Positions 17,152-28,059 are shown, numbered from the stretch's first letter. The stretch: DNA of 64,000 nucleotides from Prevotella sp. (GCA_050875105.1 JBNMMB010000001.1:12597-76596), one strand, 5' to 3'. Made by a program: numbers and translations. Notes: generated from the letters alone by a model not told the origin.

Positions 17152-18339
17152 TTATTTCAGCACATCCAGCTCCTTGGCCACCTTGATGAAGGCCGCAATG
17201 CAACGGTCGAGCTGCTCGGTGGTGTGGGCGGCACTGAGCTGCACACGAATGCGGGCCTCGCCCTTCGGCACGACAGGATAGCAGAAGCCAGTGACATAGA
17301 TGCCCTCCTGGAGCATGCGATCGGCAAAGCGCACAGCCAGCGGAGCGTCGTAGAGCATCACGGCGCAGATGGCGCTCTGTGTGGGCTTGATGTCGAAGCC
17401 AGCGGCAATCATCTTGTCGCGGAAATAGTTGACGTTAGCCACGAGCTTGTCGTGCAGCGAGTGGTCTTCCTTCAAGATCTCAAACACCTTCAGGCTGGCG
17501 CCGATGATGCCGGGAGCCAACGAGTTGGAGAAGAGGTAGGGGCGGCTGCTCTGGCGCAGCATGTCGATGATCTCCTTGCGACCTGTGGTGAAGCCACCCA
17601 AGGCGCCACCGAAGGCCTTGCCTAGGGTGCCAGTGTAGATGTCGACGCGTCCATAGGTGTCGTTGAGCTCGCTCACGCCGTGGCCCGTGGGACCCACAAC
17701 GCCTGCCGAGTGGCTCTCATCGACCATCACGAGGGCGTCATACTTCTCGGCCAGGTCGCAGATCTTGTCCATCGGGGCGACATTGCCGTCCATCGAGAAC
17801 ACGCCGTCGGTGCAGATGATGCGGTAACGCTGGGCCTGTGCCTCTTTCAGGCAACGCTCCAGGTCGGCCATGTCGGCATTCTTATAGCGATAGCGCTGGG
17901 CCTTGCAGAGACGCACGCCATCGATGATGCTGGCGTGGTTGAGCGCATCGGAGATGATGGCGTCCTCCTCGGTGAGGAATGAGCCAAACAGACCTCCGTT
18001 GGCATCGAAGCAGGCGGCGTAGAGGATGGTGTCCTCGGTCTTGAAGTAATCGCTGATGGCCGCCTCCAGTTGCTTATGGATGTCCATGGTGCCACAGATG
18101 AAGCGCACAGATGCCATGCCATAGCCACGGCGGTCCATGATGTCCTTGGCAGCCTGTATCAGGCGCGGGTCGTTGGCCAGGCCCAGGTAGTTGTTGGCAC
18201 AAAAGTTGAGCACTTCCTTGCCTTTCACCTGTATGGCGGCACCCTGCGGGCTCTCTATGACACGTTCGTCCTTGTAGAGGCCTGCGCTCTTCAAGCCAGC
18301 AAGTGTTTCTTGAAGATGTTGTTTCACATTTCCGTACAT
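17152..18339 (-). CDS. kbl: glycine C-acetyltransferase (2-amino-3-ketobutyrate CoA ligase)
   Basis: 395 aa in the class-II aminotransferase fold. The N-terminus is typical of Kbl, with NFCANNYLGL and the PLP-lysine region GTLGKA. Confidence 0.9.
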   Translation of the reverse strand: MYGNVKQHLQETLAGLKSAGLYKDERVIESPQGAAIQVKGKEVLNFCANNYLGLANDPRLIQAAKDIMDRRGYGMASVRFICGTMDIHKQLEAAISDYFKTEDTILYAACFDANGGLFGSFLTEEDAIISDALNHASIIDGVRLCKAQRYRYKNADMADLERCLKEAQAQRYRIICTDGVFSMDGNVAPMDKICDLAEKYDALVMVDESHSAGVVGPTGHGVSELNDTYGRVDIYTGTLGKAFGGALGGFTTGRKEIIDMLRQSSRPYLFSNSLAPGIIGASLKVFEILKEDHSLHDKLVANVNYFRDKMIAAGFDIKPTQSAICAVMLYDAPLAVRFADRMLQEGIYVTGFCYPVVPKGEARIRVQLSAAHTTEQLDRCIAAFIKVAKELDVLK

Positions 18340-18522
18340 AGTGTTTTTATTTAAAGTCGGTGCTACAAAGTAACTGCTTTTTATTGAGAAAAGTGGTGTG
18401 TCGGGGCTGAAATTGATGAGGAACGACGAGATTTAATCTAATTTAACAATGCGGTTTACGTGGTTCAACAAAAAAGCGTTTACTTTGTGCCGTGAATAAT
18501 CACTAACTTATCCTACCCTAAT

Positions 18523-19479
18523 ATGAACAACATTCTTGTAATCGGTTCTACCGGACAAATTGGTTCCGAGCTCACCCGCGAGCTTCGCAAACGCTACGGC
18601 AACGACCACGTGGTGGCCGGCTATATCAAAGGTGCCGAGCCCAAGGGCGAGCTGCTGGAGTCGGGTCCTGCCGAGGAAGCTGATGTCACCAATGGCGAGA
18701 TGATCGCCACCGTGGTGAAGAAGTATCATATCGATGCCATCTACAACCTGGCAGCCCTGCTGTCGGTGGTTGCCGAGAACAAGCCTCAGCTGGCCTGGAA
18801 GATCGGCATCGACGGCCTGTGGAACATCCTGGAGGTGGCCCGCCAGGAGCATTGCCAGGTGTTCACGCCCAGTTCCATCGGTTCGTTTGGCGAGACCACG
18901 CCCCACTGGATGACACCACAAGACACCATCCAGCGCCCGAAGACCATCTACGGCGTGAGCAAGGTGACCACAGAGCTGCTCAGCGACTGGTTCAACCAGA
19001 AGTATGGCACCGACACGCGCTCCGTGCGCTTCCCGGGCCTCATCTCCTATGTCACACCTCCCGGCGGTGGCACCACCGACTATGCGGTCGACATCTACTA
19101 TGCCGCCGTGCGTGGTGAGAAGTTTGTCTGCCCCATACCCGAAGGCACCTTGATGGACATGATGTACATGCCCGACGCCCTCCACGCCGCCATCAGCCTG
19201 ATGGAGGCCGACCCGTCGCGCCTCGTCCACCACAACGGCTTCAACGTGGCGGCCATGAGTTTTGCGCCCGAGACCATCTATGCCGAGATCAAGAAGCACA
19301 AGCCCGACTTCGAGATGGTCTACGACGTGGACCCGCTGAAGAAGGCCATCGCTGAGAGTTGGCCCGACAAGCTCGACGACAGTTGCGCCCGCAAGGAGTG
19401 GGACTGGAAGCCACAGTATGACCTCTCGACGATGACCGTCGACATGCTCGACAAACTGTCCAAGCGGCTGAAGGCATAA
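18523..19479 (+). CDS. tdh: L-threonine 3-dehydrogenase, short-chain (epimerase-like) type
   Basis: 318 aa. It has the Rossmann motif VIGSTGQIGSEL and a YGVSK catalytic block. It lies divergent to kbl, the classical threonine-degradation pair. Confidence 0.8.
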   Translation: MNNILVIGSTGQIGSELTRELRKRYGNDHVVAGYIKGAEPKGELLESGPAEEADVTNGEMIATVVKKYHIDAIYNLAALLSVVAENKPQLAWKIGIDGLWNILEVARQEHCQVFTPSSIGSFGETTPHWMTPQDTIQRPKTIYGVSKVTTELLSDWFNQKYGTDTRSVRFPGLISYVTPPGGGTTDYAVDIYYAAVRGEKFVCPIPEGTLMDMMYMPDALHAAISLMEADPSRLVHHNGFNVAAMSFAPETIYAEIKKHKPDFEMVYDVDPLKKAIAESWPDKLDDSCARKEWDWKPQYDLSTMTVDMLDKLSKRLKA

Positions 19480-19527
19480 GGGGCCATGGACAAAAGCTGG
19501 TGGCCCACCGACCGATAAAACGAAAAC

Positions 19528-19578
19528 GAGCGGCAGAAAAACGATGTTGTTTTTCTGCCGCTCTTGTTTTTCGGTTTC
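19528..19578. terminator. bidirectional terminator between tdh and argF'
   Basis: A 15-bp perfect stem (GAGCGGCAGAAAAAC 19528-19542 with GTTTTTCTGCCGCTC 19549-19563) is followed by TTGTTTTTCGGTTTC. An A-rich run lies upstream. Confidence 0.8.
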
Positions 19579-19609
19579 TTTTCTTAGGGCCGTTGCCTGA
19601 TGGCCTTTG

Positions 19610-20572
19610 CTACAGACTCTCGAGCACACGCTTGAGCACCACCTCGGCACTGATCTCGCGGTTGGCGGCCTCAGGGATGACCAGGCTGTGGTCGCTCTCG
19701 ATGACATCGTCGGTGACGATGAGGCCACGGCGCACAGGCAGGCAATGCATGAAGTAGCCGTCGTTGGTCCAGCTCATGTGCTCGCTGTCGATGGTCCATG
19801 AGGAATCCTTCGAGAGGATCTTGCCATAGTCGCCGGGACGCGTCACACCGGGGCAGCTCCAGTTCTTGGCATAGACGAAGTCGGCACCCTCCAACGCCTT
19901 GCGCTGGTCGTACTCCACCTTGGCGCCCTTGGTGAACTTAGGATCGAGCTCATAGCCCTCGGGCTGGGTGACAACGAAGTCGACATCGGCGGCGGTCATC
20001 CACTCGGCAAATGAGTTGGGCACAGCCTGCGGCAAGGCGCGGCAGTGGGGCGCCCAGGTCAGCACGACCTTCGGACGGGCCACCTTCTTGTGCTCCTCAA
20101 TGGTGATGAGGTCGGCAAAGGCCTGCAAGGGATGGACGGTGGCGGTCTCCATGGCCACCACGGGACGGCCCGAATACTTCACAAACTGGTTGACAATGGT
20201 CTCAGCGTAGTCATACTCGCGGTCGCTCAAGCCTGCAAACGAGCGCACGGCGATGACATCGCAATAGCAACCCATGACGGGGATGGCCTCCAGGAGATGC
20301 TCACTCTTGTCGCCATCCATGATGACACCACGCTCGGTCTCCAGTTTCCAGGCACCTGCGTTGACATCGAGCACGATGACATTCATGCCCAGGTTCATGG
20401 CCGCTTTCTGTGTGGAGAGGCGCGTGCGCAGTGAGTTGTTGAAGAAGATCATCAGCAGGGTCTTGTTCTTACCCAGTTGCTGATACTTGAAGCGGTCTTG
20501 TTTTACCTCCAAGGCCTCGGCCAGCGCCTTGTCGAGCGGACCGATATCTTGCACATTGAAAAAACTCTTCAT
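19610..20572 (-). CDS. argF: N-succinyl-L-ornithine carbamoyltransferase (argF' type)
   Basis: Trimmed to the ATG at 20572 (MKSFFNVQDIGPL...), giving 320 aa. As far as I recall it is near-colinear with the characterised Bacteroides fragilis argF' protein, sharing blocks FFNNSLRTRLSTQKAA, GAWKLETERGVIMDG, HPLQAFADL, FMHCLPVRR and PEAANREI. Confidence 0.85.
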   Translation of the reverse strand: MKSFFNVQDIGPLDKALAEALEVKQDRFKYQQLGKNKTLLMIFFNNSLRTRLSTQKAAMNLGMNVIVLDVNAGAWKLETERGVIMDGDKSEHLLEAIPVMGCYCDVIAVRSFAGLSDREYDYAETIVNQFVKYSGRPVVAMETATVHPLQAFADLITIEEHKKVARPKVVLTWAPHCRALPQAVPNSFAEWMTAADVDFVVTQPEGYELDPKFTKGAKVEYDQRKALEGADFVYAKNWSCPGVTRPGDYGKILSKDSSWTIDSEHMSWTNDGYFMHCLPVRRGLIVTDDVIESDHSLVIPEAANREISAEVVLKRVLESL

Positions 20573-20631
20573 GGTCTTTTGGGATATTGATAGTTGTATG
20601 TTATGATTTTCTTTGTCTGTCGAAAGGGAGC

Positions 20632-21879
20632 TCACGGACGCGTCTGCCCGTTGCCCTCGATGACCCATTTGTAGGTACAGATCTCCTCGAGGCCCATCGG
20701 TCCACGCGGTCCCAGTTTCTGGGTGGAGATGCCGATTTCGGCTCCCAAGCCAAACTGGGCCCCATCGGTGAACGACGTGGGAGCGTTCCAATACACGCAG
20801 GCAGCGTCGACCTGGGCCTGGAACAGGCGTGCAGCATCCTCGTCCTCGGTGATGATGCTCTCGCTGTGGCCCGAGCCATAACGCGCAATATGGGCGAGGG
20901 CCGCCTGGATGTCGGGCACCACACGCACGGCCATCTTGTAGTCCATATACTCGGTGCCAAACGATTCGGGGGTGGCCTCGCGGAGCAGGTCGGCCGGATA
21001 ATGGCCAGCCAACTGGCCGTAGGCCGCTGGGTCGGCATAGAGCGTCACACGCTTGTCGGCCAAGGGCGCCACCAGCGCAGGCAGGTCGGACAGGCGGCGC
21101 GCATGCACCACCAGGCAGTCGAGGGCGTTGCAGACCGACACACGGCGCGTCTTGGCGTTGAGCACGATGGCACGTCCCTTGTCGAGGTCGCCCGTCTGGT
21201 CGAAATAGGTGTTGACGACGCCTGCGCCCGTCTCGATGACCGGCACACGCGCTGTGTCGCGCACAAAGTCGATGAGCCGGCGGCCGCCTCGCGGAATGCA
21301 GAGGTCGATATATCCCACCGCGGCCAACATCTCGGCTGTGGCCTCATGGGTGGGCGGCAACAACACGACGGCATGACTGTCCACACCGTGGCTGCGGAGC
21401 ACCTCTTGTATCAGGCTGACCGCCGCACAATTGCTGTGCGCCGCATCGTGGCCACCCTTGAGCACACAGGCGTTGCCACTCTTGAAGCAGAGCGAGAACA
21501 CGTCGAACGTGACATTGGGCCGGGCCTCATACACCACGCCGATGACGCCAAAGGGCACACTCACACGATGGAGGCGCAGGCCATTTCTGAGTGTGCGCTC
21601 GTGACTGGTGTGTCCCAGAGGTGACGACAGACTGGCCACATGGCGCATGTCGGAAGCGATGGCCGCCAGGCGGTCGGCAGTGAGCATCAGCCGGTCATAA
21701 AGCGGGTTGTTGCGATCCATGGCGGCGAGATCCTCAGCATTGGCTGCAAGCAACGCCGTGGCATGGGCTTCGATCGCCTCGGCCACCTCCATGAGGATGG
21801 CGTTGCGCTCCGCGTCGGCCAGCGTGGCCAACTGTCGGCTGGCATCCTTGGCCTGTTGGAAAAGAGGGGTTAGTGACAT
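20632..21879 (-). CDS. proA: glutamate-5-semialdehyde dehydrogenase
   Basis: 415 aa in the aldehyde-dehydrogenase fold, with typical ProA blocks ([25 protein letters not shown]). Confidence 0.9.
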   Translation of the reverse strand: MSLTPLFQQAKDASRQLATLADAERNAILMEVAEAIEAHATALLAANAEDLAAMDRNNPLYDRLMLTADRLAAIASDMRHVASLSSPLGHTSHERTLRNGLRLHRVSVPFGVIGVVYEARPNVTFDVFSLCFKSGNACVLKGGHDAAHSNCAAVSLIQEVLRSHGVDSHAVVLLPPTHEATAEMLAAVGYIDLCIPRGGRRLIDFVRDTARVPVIETGAGVVNTYFDQTGDLDKGRAIVLNAKTRRVSVCNALDCLVVHARRLSDLPALVAPLADKRVTLYADPAAYGQLAGHYPADLLREATPESFGTEYMDYKMAVRVVPDIQAALAHIARYGSGHSESIITEDEDAARLFQAQVDAACVYWNAPTSFTDGAQFGLGAEIGISTQKLGPRGPMGLEEICTYKWVIEGNGQTRP

Positions 21880-22652
21880 GGTGTAAATTCTGTGTGTGGA
21901 ACATGGTGTGGGTTCTCCACCAAGTCGACGAGGATGTTGTTGCGCTCGCCATTGGCGATGATCACGCGGATGCCCGCTTGCGACACCTTCTTGGCGGTGG
22001 TGTATTTCGAATGCATGCCTCCACGCCCAAAGGCACTCTTCTCTGGGCGGATGTACTCGCTGAGATCGCGCCCCGGTGCCACCTCGGGGATGAGCTCCGC
22101 CGTGGGATCATCGGGATGGGCGGTGTAGATGCCATCGATATTGGAGAGGAGCACGAGCGTCTCGGCACGCATCATCTGGGCGATGAGGCCCGACAACTCA
22201 TCATTGTCGGTGAACATCAGCTCGGTGACGCTGACTGTGTCGTTCTCGTTGACAATAGGTAGCACGCCGTTAGCCAACATCACCTCCATGCATGCCCGTT
22301 GGTTGCTGTACTGCTCACCAGGCTCGAAGTTCTCTTTCATCGTGAGCACCTGGCCGATGGGAATGTTGTATTCGCGGAAGAGATCGTAGTAGAGTCCCAC
22401 GAGTTTCACCTGTCCGACAGCGGAGAAGAGCTGTCGCTGTTCCACGGAGTCGAGCTGGTGTTGCACATGCAACTCGCCCCGCCCACTGGCCATGGCACCC
22501 GAAGACACGAGGATGACCTCGTGCCCCCGCTGCCGCAACCAGGCGATCTGGTCGACCAGCGTGGACATGCGTGTCACATCGAGCTTACCGTCGGGACGGG
22601 TCAGCACGTTGCTGCCCACCTTCACCACGAGTCGTTTGTTGTTCTCTTCCAT
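21870..22652 (-). CDS. proB: glutamate 5-kinase (short form, no PUA domain)
   Basis: 260 aa of the amino-acid kinase family ([28 protein letters not shown]). It overlaps the proA start by 10 nt. Confidence 0.9.
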   Translation of the reverse strand: MEENNKRLVVKVGSNVLTRPDGKLDVTRMSTLVDQIAWLRQRGHEVILVSSGAMASGRGELHVQHQLDSVEQRQLFSAVGQVKLVGLYYDLFREYNIPIGQVLTMKENFEPGEQYSNQRACMEVMLANGVLPIVNENDTVSVTELMFTDNDELSGLIAQMMRAETLVLLSNIDGIYTAHPDDPTAELIPEVAPGRDLSEYIRPEKSAFGRGGMHSKYTTAKKVSQAGIRVIIANGERNNILVDLVENPHHVPHTEFTPCH

Positions 22653-22682
22653 ATCCTGCTATGTTTTCTCAAAGACTGGTCA

Positions 22683-24356
22683 TCAGTCTTTCTTCTCGCT
22701 GTCTTTCTGCCGGATCTCCACGCGGCGTATCTTGCCGCTGATGGTCTTGGGCAACTCATCGACAAACTCCACGATGCGCGGATACTTATAAGGTGCGGTC
22801 TCCTTCTTCACGTGTTGCTGGAGTTCCTTGACCAGCGCATCACCGGCCTTGTCCTTCCACTCCTTGCCGAGCACCACGGTGGCCTTGACCACCATGCCTC
22901 GTATGTCGTCGGGCACGCCTGTGATGGCACACTCCACCACGGCCGGGTGGGTCATCAGGGCCGACTCCACCTCAAACGGACCGATGCGGTAACCGCTCGA
23001 CTTGATGACATCGTCGATGCGGCCCTCAAACCAATAGTAGCCGTCCTCGTCGCGCCAGGCCATGTCGCCCGTGTGATAAAGACCGTCGTGCCAAGCTTCC
23101 TTGGTGAGCTCAGGGTCACGATAATATTCCTTGAAGAGGCCGATGGGCTTGCGGTCGCCCACGCGAACCACGATCTCACCTTTCTCACCGTCCTCGCAAG
23201 GAGTGCCATCGGGCTTCACCAAGTCGATGTCATATTGGGCGTTGGGCATGCCCATCGAACCAGGCTTGGGCTTCATCCAGGGCATCGTGCCCAGGGTCAT
23301 GGTGGTCTCGGTCTGGCCGAAGCCCTCCATCATCTGAATGCCGGTGAGCTCCTTGAACTTATCGAAGACCGAGGGGTTGAGGGCCTCGCCTGCCGTGGTG
23401 CAATACTCCAGCGACGAGAGGTCGTATTTCGACAGGTCCTCGCGGATCATGAAGCGATAGACCGTGGGAGGCGCGCAGAACGACGTGACGTGGTATTTGG
23501 CTATCTGGCGGAGCAACGTGTCAGCGTTGAACTTCTCGTGATCGAACACGAAAACCGTTGCGCCGGCAAACCATTGGCCATAGAACTTACCCCAGACGGC
23601 CTTGCCCCAACCCGTGTCGGCCACGGTGAGGTGGAGCGAGTTCTCATGCAGGTTGTGCCAGAACACGCCTGTGGTGAGATGGCCCATGGCGTAGAGGTAG
23701 TCGTGGGCGACCATCTTCGGTTCGCCACTGGTGCCACTGGTGAAATACATCAGCATCGTGTCCTCATTGGTGTTGACAAAGGCGGGACGCACAAACTTGG
23801 GCGCCTTGCGCCACTCCGACTGCCAGTCGTGGAAGCCCTCGGGGATGGGCTTGCCATGGTCGGTCACGGTCACGAGGGTCTTCACCGTAGGACTGTCGGG
23901 CATGGCCGCCGTCACCTGTTCGGTGACATAGGGATCGTCGACACAGATGATGGCCTTCACGCTGGCTCGGGTGTTGCGATAGACGATGTCGTGCTTGGTG
24001 AGCATGTGGGTGGCCGGGATGACGATGGCGCCAATCTTGTGGAGCGCCAACATGATGACCCACCACTCATAGCGACGCTTGAGGATCAGCATGACAGGGT
24101 CGTTCTTGCCGATGCCCAACGTGAGCAGATAGGAAGCCGCCTGGTCCGACTGCTCCTTGAGCTGGCCATAGGTGGTGCGTATCTCGTCGCCCTGGTCGTT
24201 GGTCCAGAGGATGGCGAGCTTGTCGGGAGCTTCCTGGGCCCACACGTCCATGACGTCGTAGGCGAAATTGAAGTTCTCCGGGATAATAAACTCCAGGTGT
24301 TGGTTATAGTCTTCGACCGACTCGAAGTGGGTCTGCTTTAAAAATCTCTCAATCAT
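22683..24356 (-). CDS. AMP-forming acyl-CoA synthetase (medium-chain/acetyl-CoA-synthetase-like)
   Basis: 557 aa. It has the AMP-binding signature YFTSGTSGEPKMV, plus GYRIGPFEVE and a C-terminal ISGKIRR. Confidence 0.8.
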   Translation of the reverse strand: MIERFLKQTHFESVEDYNQHLEFIIPENFNFAYDVMDVWAQEAPDKLAILWTNDQGDEIRTTYGQLKEQSDQAASYLLTLGIGKNDPVMLILKRRYEWWVIMLALHKIGAIVIPATHMLTKHDIVYRNTRASVKAIICVDDPYVTEQVTAAMPDSPTVKTLVTVTDHGKPIPEGFHDWQSEWRKAPKFVRPAFVNTNEDTMLMYFTSGTSGEPKMVAHDYLYAMGHLTTGVFWHNLHENSLHLTVADTGWGKAVWGKFYGQWFAGATVFVFDHEKFNADTLLRQIAKYHVTSFCAPPTVYRFMIREDLSKYDLSSLEYCTTAGEALNPSVFDKFKELTGIQMMEGFGQTETTMTLGTMPWMKPKPGSMGMPNAQYDIDLVKPDGTPCEDGEKGEIVVRVGDRKPIGLFKEYYRDPELTKEAWHDGLYHTGDMAWRDEDGYYWFEGRIDDVIKSSGYRIGPFEVESALMTHPAVVECAITGVPDDIRGMVVKATVVLGKEWKDKAGDALVKELQQHVKKETAPYKYPRIVEFVDELPKTISGKIRRVEIRQKDSEKKD

Positions 24357-24376
24357 GGTGTGTGCTTTCAGTAGGG

Positions 24377-24934
24377 TTACTCCACAACAGCCGCCAAGAA
24401 CTTCACGGCCTTGTCGCCCACCGCCAACATGCCGTGGGGCTTACTGGAATCAAAATAGATGCTGTCGCCCTCATGGAGACGAATGGTCTTGCCCTCGAGG
24501 TAGAGGTCCATGGCTCCTTCGAGCACAAGGTTGAACTCCTGCCCGGCATGGGTGTTCTTGTAGATGGTGTGGGCCTCGGGCTTGGGCTCAACGGTGACGA
24601 TGAACACGTCGGCATGGTGATTGACGAAGCCACTCACCAGACTTTGGTACTTGTAGGCCTTCGAGCGCTCGACGCTCATGCCTTGGCCCTTGCGCACCAC
24701 GAAGTAAGACTTCATGTGGGGCGACTCAGCAAACATCAGTTCCTCGGCCGAGACGCCATACTTGTGGGCGATCTTCATCAGCTTGGAGATGGTGATGTCC
24801 AACTCGCCCTGTTCTATTTTCTCATATTTCTCGACATCGATGCCACAGGTGTCTGCCACCTCCTGGGTCGTCAGGTCAAGCGCATCGCGCAGGCCCTTGA
24901 GCCTTTCGCCGATTTGTTTCAGTTGTTCATCCAT
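24377..24934 (-). CDS. XRE-family HTH regulator with C-terminal cupin domain
   Basis: Trimmed to the ATG at 24934 (MDEQLKQIGERLKGLR...), giving 185 aa. The N-terminal HTH_3-like segment is followed by a cupin beta-barrel (HAGQEFNLVLEG...HEGDSIYFDS..PH). Confidence 0.8.
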   Translation of the reverse strand: MDEQLKQIGERLKGLRDALDLTTQEVADTCGIDVEKYEKIEQGELDITISKLMKIAHKYGVSAEELMFAESPHMKSYFVVRKGQGMSVERSKAYKYQSLVSGFVNHHADVFIVTVEPKPEAHTIYKNTHAGQEFNLVLEGAMDLYLEGKTIRLHEGDSIYFDSSKPHGMLAVGDKAVKFLAAVVE

Positions 24935-25009
24935 GTTGTTGGGTCGTTTAGGGTGATTGTATATTGGTGTTCTGTTGGTTGGGTTGATGACACGCTGTTG
25001 ATGATCCAT

Positions 25010-25786
25010 TCACTTCAAGCCTGCCTTCAGTCCTCGGATGACAGCCGACGTGAAGCCCGCGTGTTCCATCTCGTTGAGTCCCTTGATGGTGACGCCGCCC
25101 GGCGTGGTCACGAGGTCGATGGCCTGTTCGGGGTGCATGCCACTCTGCCGGAGCAGCGTCACGGCACCTTGCACGGTCTGCATGACGATGTCTTTGGCCA
25201 CGTCGGCCTTGAAGCCGAGTTCCACGCCGCCCTCGGCCGCCGCCCGGATGTAACGCATGGCGTAGGCGATGCCACACGAAGCCAGCGTGGTGCCAGCTGC
25301 CAGGTGGTCGAAATCGGTGAGCAACGACGTGCCCATCTCATCGAAGAGGCCCTTGACAAAGGCTGTCTGCTCGGGTGTGGCACCCACGGGGACGATGAAC
25401 GTCATCGACTGCAATTGGGCGATGGCGATATTGGGAATGACAAGGAAGAAGGGCGGTGTGTCGGGCAACCACTCGCGGACCTGCTCCGGACGGATGCCGG
25501 CGGCGATGACGATGAGCAACTGCTCCTTGGGGCGCACGACATCGCTGATCTCGCGCAAGACGGTCTCGACGAGCCAGGGCTTCACGCAGACACACACCAC
25601 ATCGGCCTGGCTGGCCGCCTGGCGGTTGTCGGTCGTGGCCACAGCACCCTTGGCCTCAAAGGGCGCCAACTTCTCTTTCGTGGGGTTGGCGACGATGATG
25701 TCTTGCGGCTGAAAGGCAGACAACTGCAACAGTCCGTCAACAGTGGCGCCACCCATGGCCCCCACCCCAATCATTGCAAACTTCAT
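25010..25786 (-). CDS. proC: pyrroline-5-carboxylate reductase
   Basis: 258 aa with the NADP Rossmann motif IGVGAMGGA and a C-terminal P5CR dimerisation block (TTPGGVTIKGL). Its start forms an ATGA overlap with the argD stop. Confidence 0.9.
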   Translation of the reverse strand: MKFAMIGVGAMGGATVDGLLQLSAFQPQDIIVANPTKEKLAPFEAKGAVATTDNRQAASQADVVCVCVKPWLVETVLREISDVVRPKEQLLIVIAAGIRPEQVREWLPDTPPFFLVIPNIAIAQLQSMTFIVPVGATPEQTAFVKGLFDEMGTSLLTDFDHLAAGTTLASCGIAYAMRYIRAAAEGGVELGFKADVAKDIVMQTVQGAVTLLRQSGMHPEQAIDLVTTPGGVTIKGLNEMEHAGFTSAVIRGLKAGLK

Positions 25787-26925
25787 AAGCTCTTGAAAAC
25801 GTTCTTGAGTTTATCGATGAAAAGATCCGCATCGGCCTTCGTGAGGCACAGCGGCGGCAGGAGGCGCAACACGTTGGTGCCCGCGCAACCTGTGAAACAA
25901 TGTTCCTCGTGGATGAGCGGCAGGCGCACATCCTTATGGGGAATGTCGAGGTCGACACCTATCATAAGACCACGGCCACGCACCTCGAGGATGTGGGGCT
26001 CGCTCTTCTGGAGCTCCTTGAGTTGGCTGATGAGGTATTCGCCCACCTCATGGGCGTTGTCGACAAGATGCTCCTTCTCGAAAACATCGAGCACGGCAAG
26101 GGCAGCTGTGCATGCCAGGTGGTTGCCACCAAAGGTCGTGCCGAGTTGTCCCTTGGCGGGCTCAAACGCGGGCGAGATGAGTACGCCACCCATGGGGAAG
26201 CCGTTGCCGATGCCCTTGGCCACGGTGATGAGATCGGGCTTGATGCCTAGCCACTGGTGGGCAAAGAACTTGCCGCTGCGGCCATAGCCACATTGTATCT
26301 CGTCGCAGATAAGCACCGTGCCATGCTTCTTGCAGGCAGCGGCCAGGCCTTGGGCAAACTCGGGTGTGGCCAGACGTATGCCTCCCACGCCCTGGATGGC
26401 CTCCAGGATGACAGCACACACATCGCCCTTGGCCAGTTCGGCCTCCCAGGCAGGAAGGTCGTTGAGTGGCAGGAAGGTGGTGTGGCCATTGGCATTGATG
26501 GGCGCCACGATCTTGGGGTTGTCGGTGGCCTCGACGGCGAGCGACGTACGACCATGGAAGGCGTGCGAAGCGGCCAGCACACGGGTGCGGCCTGTGTGGA
26601 AACTGGCGAGCTTGAGGGCATTCTCGTTGGCCTCAGCACCACTGTTGATAAGGAAGAACTGGTAGTCGTCGTAGCCCGACACACGTCCCAGGCGCTCGGC
26701 CAACTGTTCTTGCAGGCGGTTGATGACGCTGTTGGAATAGAAGCCCAGCGTGTTCAACTGGTGGGTCAGCGCCTCCACATAATGGGGATGGCAATGGCCT
26801 ATGCTGATGACGGCGTGGCCGCCATAGAGGTCAAGATACTCTTGCCCTTTGTCGTCCCACACCCTTGTTCCTTTACCCTTGACGATGTTCACATCGAACA
26901 GGGAATACACATCAAATAATTTCAT
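25783..26925 (-). CDS. argD: acetyl/succinyl-ornithine aminotransferase (class III PLP)
   Basis: 380 aa. Class III aminotransferase blocks are present (GHCHP, NSGAEANE, EAIQGVGG, CDEIQCGYGRSG, TVAKGIGNGFP). Confidence 0.85.
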   Translation of the reverse strand: MKLFDVYSLFDVNIVKGKGTRVWDDKGQEYLDLYGGHAVISIGHCHPHYVEALTHQLNTLGFYSNSVINRLQEQLAERLGRVSGYDDYQFFLINSGAEANENALKLASFHTGRTRVLAASHAFHGRTSLAVEATDNPKIVAPINANGHTTFLPLNDLPAWEAELAKGDVCAVILEAIQGVGGIRLATPEFAQGLAAACKKHGTVLICDEIQCGYGRSGKFFAHQWLGIKPDLITVAKGIGNGFPMGGVLISPAFEPAKGQLGTTFGGNHLACTAALAVLDVFEKEHLVDNAHEVGEYLISQLKELQKSEPHILEVRGRGLMIGVDLDIPHKDVRLPLIHEEHCFTGCAGTNVLRLLPPLCLTKADADLFIDKLKNVFKSL

Positions 26926-27039
26926 CTTTCTGTTGTCCTCTCGAGGCCCTTTGGATGAGGGCCATTAGTTACACGAAAGCCCCTCCAGCAGATGGAGGGA
27001 CATGGGAAAAAACGAATGGGCCATGGCCCACACCGCTCA

Positions 27040-28044
27040 TCAGAAGGCCGACGGCTTGAGCCCCAGGCCTGCCGTCTCACTGATGCCAAACATGAGGTTC
27101 ATGTTCTGCACAGCCTGTCCGACAGCACCCTTGAGCAGGTTATCGATGCACGACGTGACGAGCAACTTGCCGTCGATGACGTCGCAGTGGACCAGCGCCT
27201 TGTTGGTGTTGACCACCTGCTTCATGTCGAGCGGCTTGTCGACATAGTGGGTAAACGGCTCTGCGGCATAGAATGCCTTGTAGGCTGCCACGATGTCATC
27301 GGCCTGCGCGTCGGTGTGGAGCACCTCGGTGGCGAAGATGCCACGGGCGAAGTTGCCACGATAAGGCAGGAAGTCGATGGCCGCCGTGAGGTCGCCCTGC
27401 ACCTGGCGGAGGCTCTGCCGGATCTCGGGAACGTGCTGGTGGCGGAACGCCTTGTAGACGCTGAGGTTGTCGGTGCGCCACGAGTAGTGGGTGGTGGCGC
27501 CTGGCTTGACGCCCGCTCCGGTGGATCCCGTGATGGCGTTGACCATGACGTCGCTCGTGATGAGCTTCATGTGGGCGGCGGGCAACAGGCCCAACTGGAT
27601 GCAAGTGGCGAAGCAACCGGGATTGGCCACATGGCGTGCGCCAGCGATGCGCTGCCGATTGATCTCAGGCAGGCCATACACGAAGTCGTGGTTGTCGGGC
27701 GCATAGGGCTTCGACGGGTCGTAGGCGGTAGGTGCCGCCAAGCGGAAGTCTTGTGCCAGGTCGATGATCTTGACGTTCTCAGGGATGTGGTGCTCACGGA
27801 GAAAGGCCTCGCTCTTGCCGTGGCCAAAGCAGAAGAACACCACGTCGACAGCGTCGAAGGGCATCTCGGAGGTGAACCGCATGTCGGTGTCGCCATAGAG
27901 GCCCTCATGGACGTCGGTCAAGAGGTTGCCCGCATTGCTCTCGCTATTGACAAACACCAACTCGGCTTCGGGATGGTGAAGCAGCAGGCGGATGAGCTCA
28001 CCGGCCGTGTAGCCGGCGCCGCCCAGAATTCCTATCTTAATCAT
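27040..28044 (-). CDS. argC: N-acyl-gamma-glutamyl-phosphate reductase
   Basis: 334 aa. It has GILGGAGYTAGEL at the N-terminus, the catalytic-Cys block ANPGCFATC, and a C-terminal DNLLKGAVGQAVQNMN. Confidence 0.9.
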   Translation of the reverse strand: MIKIGILGGAGYTAGELIRLLLHHPEAELVFVNSESNAGNLLTDVHEGLYGDTDMRFTSEMPFDAVDVVFFCFGHGKSEAFLREHHIPENVKIIDLAQDFRLAAPTAYDPSKPYAPDNHDFVYGLPEINRQRIAGARHVANPGCFATCIQLGLLPAAHMKLITSDVMVNAITGSTGAGVKPGATTHYSWRTDNLSVYKAFRHQHVPEIRQSLRQVQGDLTAAIDFLPYRGNFARGIFATEVLHTDAQADDIVAAYKAFYAAEPFTHYVDKPLDMKQVVNTNKALVHCDVIDGKLLVTSCIDNLLKGAVGQAVQNMNLMFGISETAGLGLKPSAF

Positions 28045-28059
28045 TAGAAGTTTACTTGT

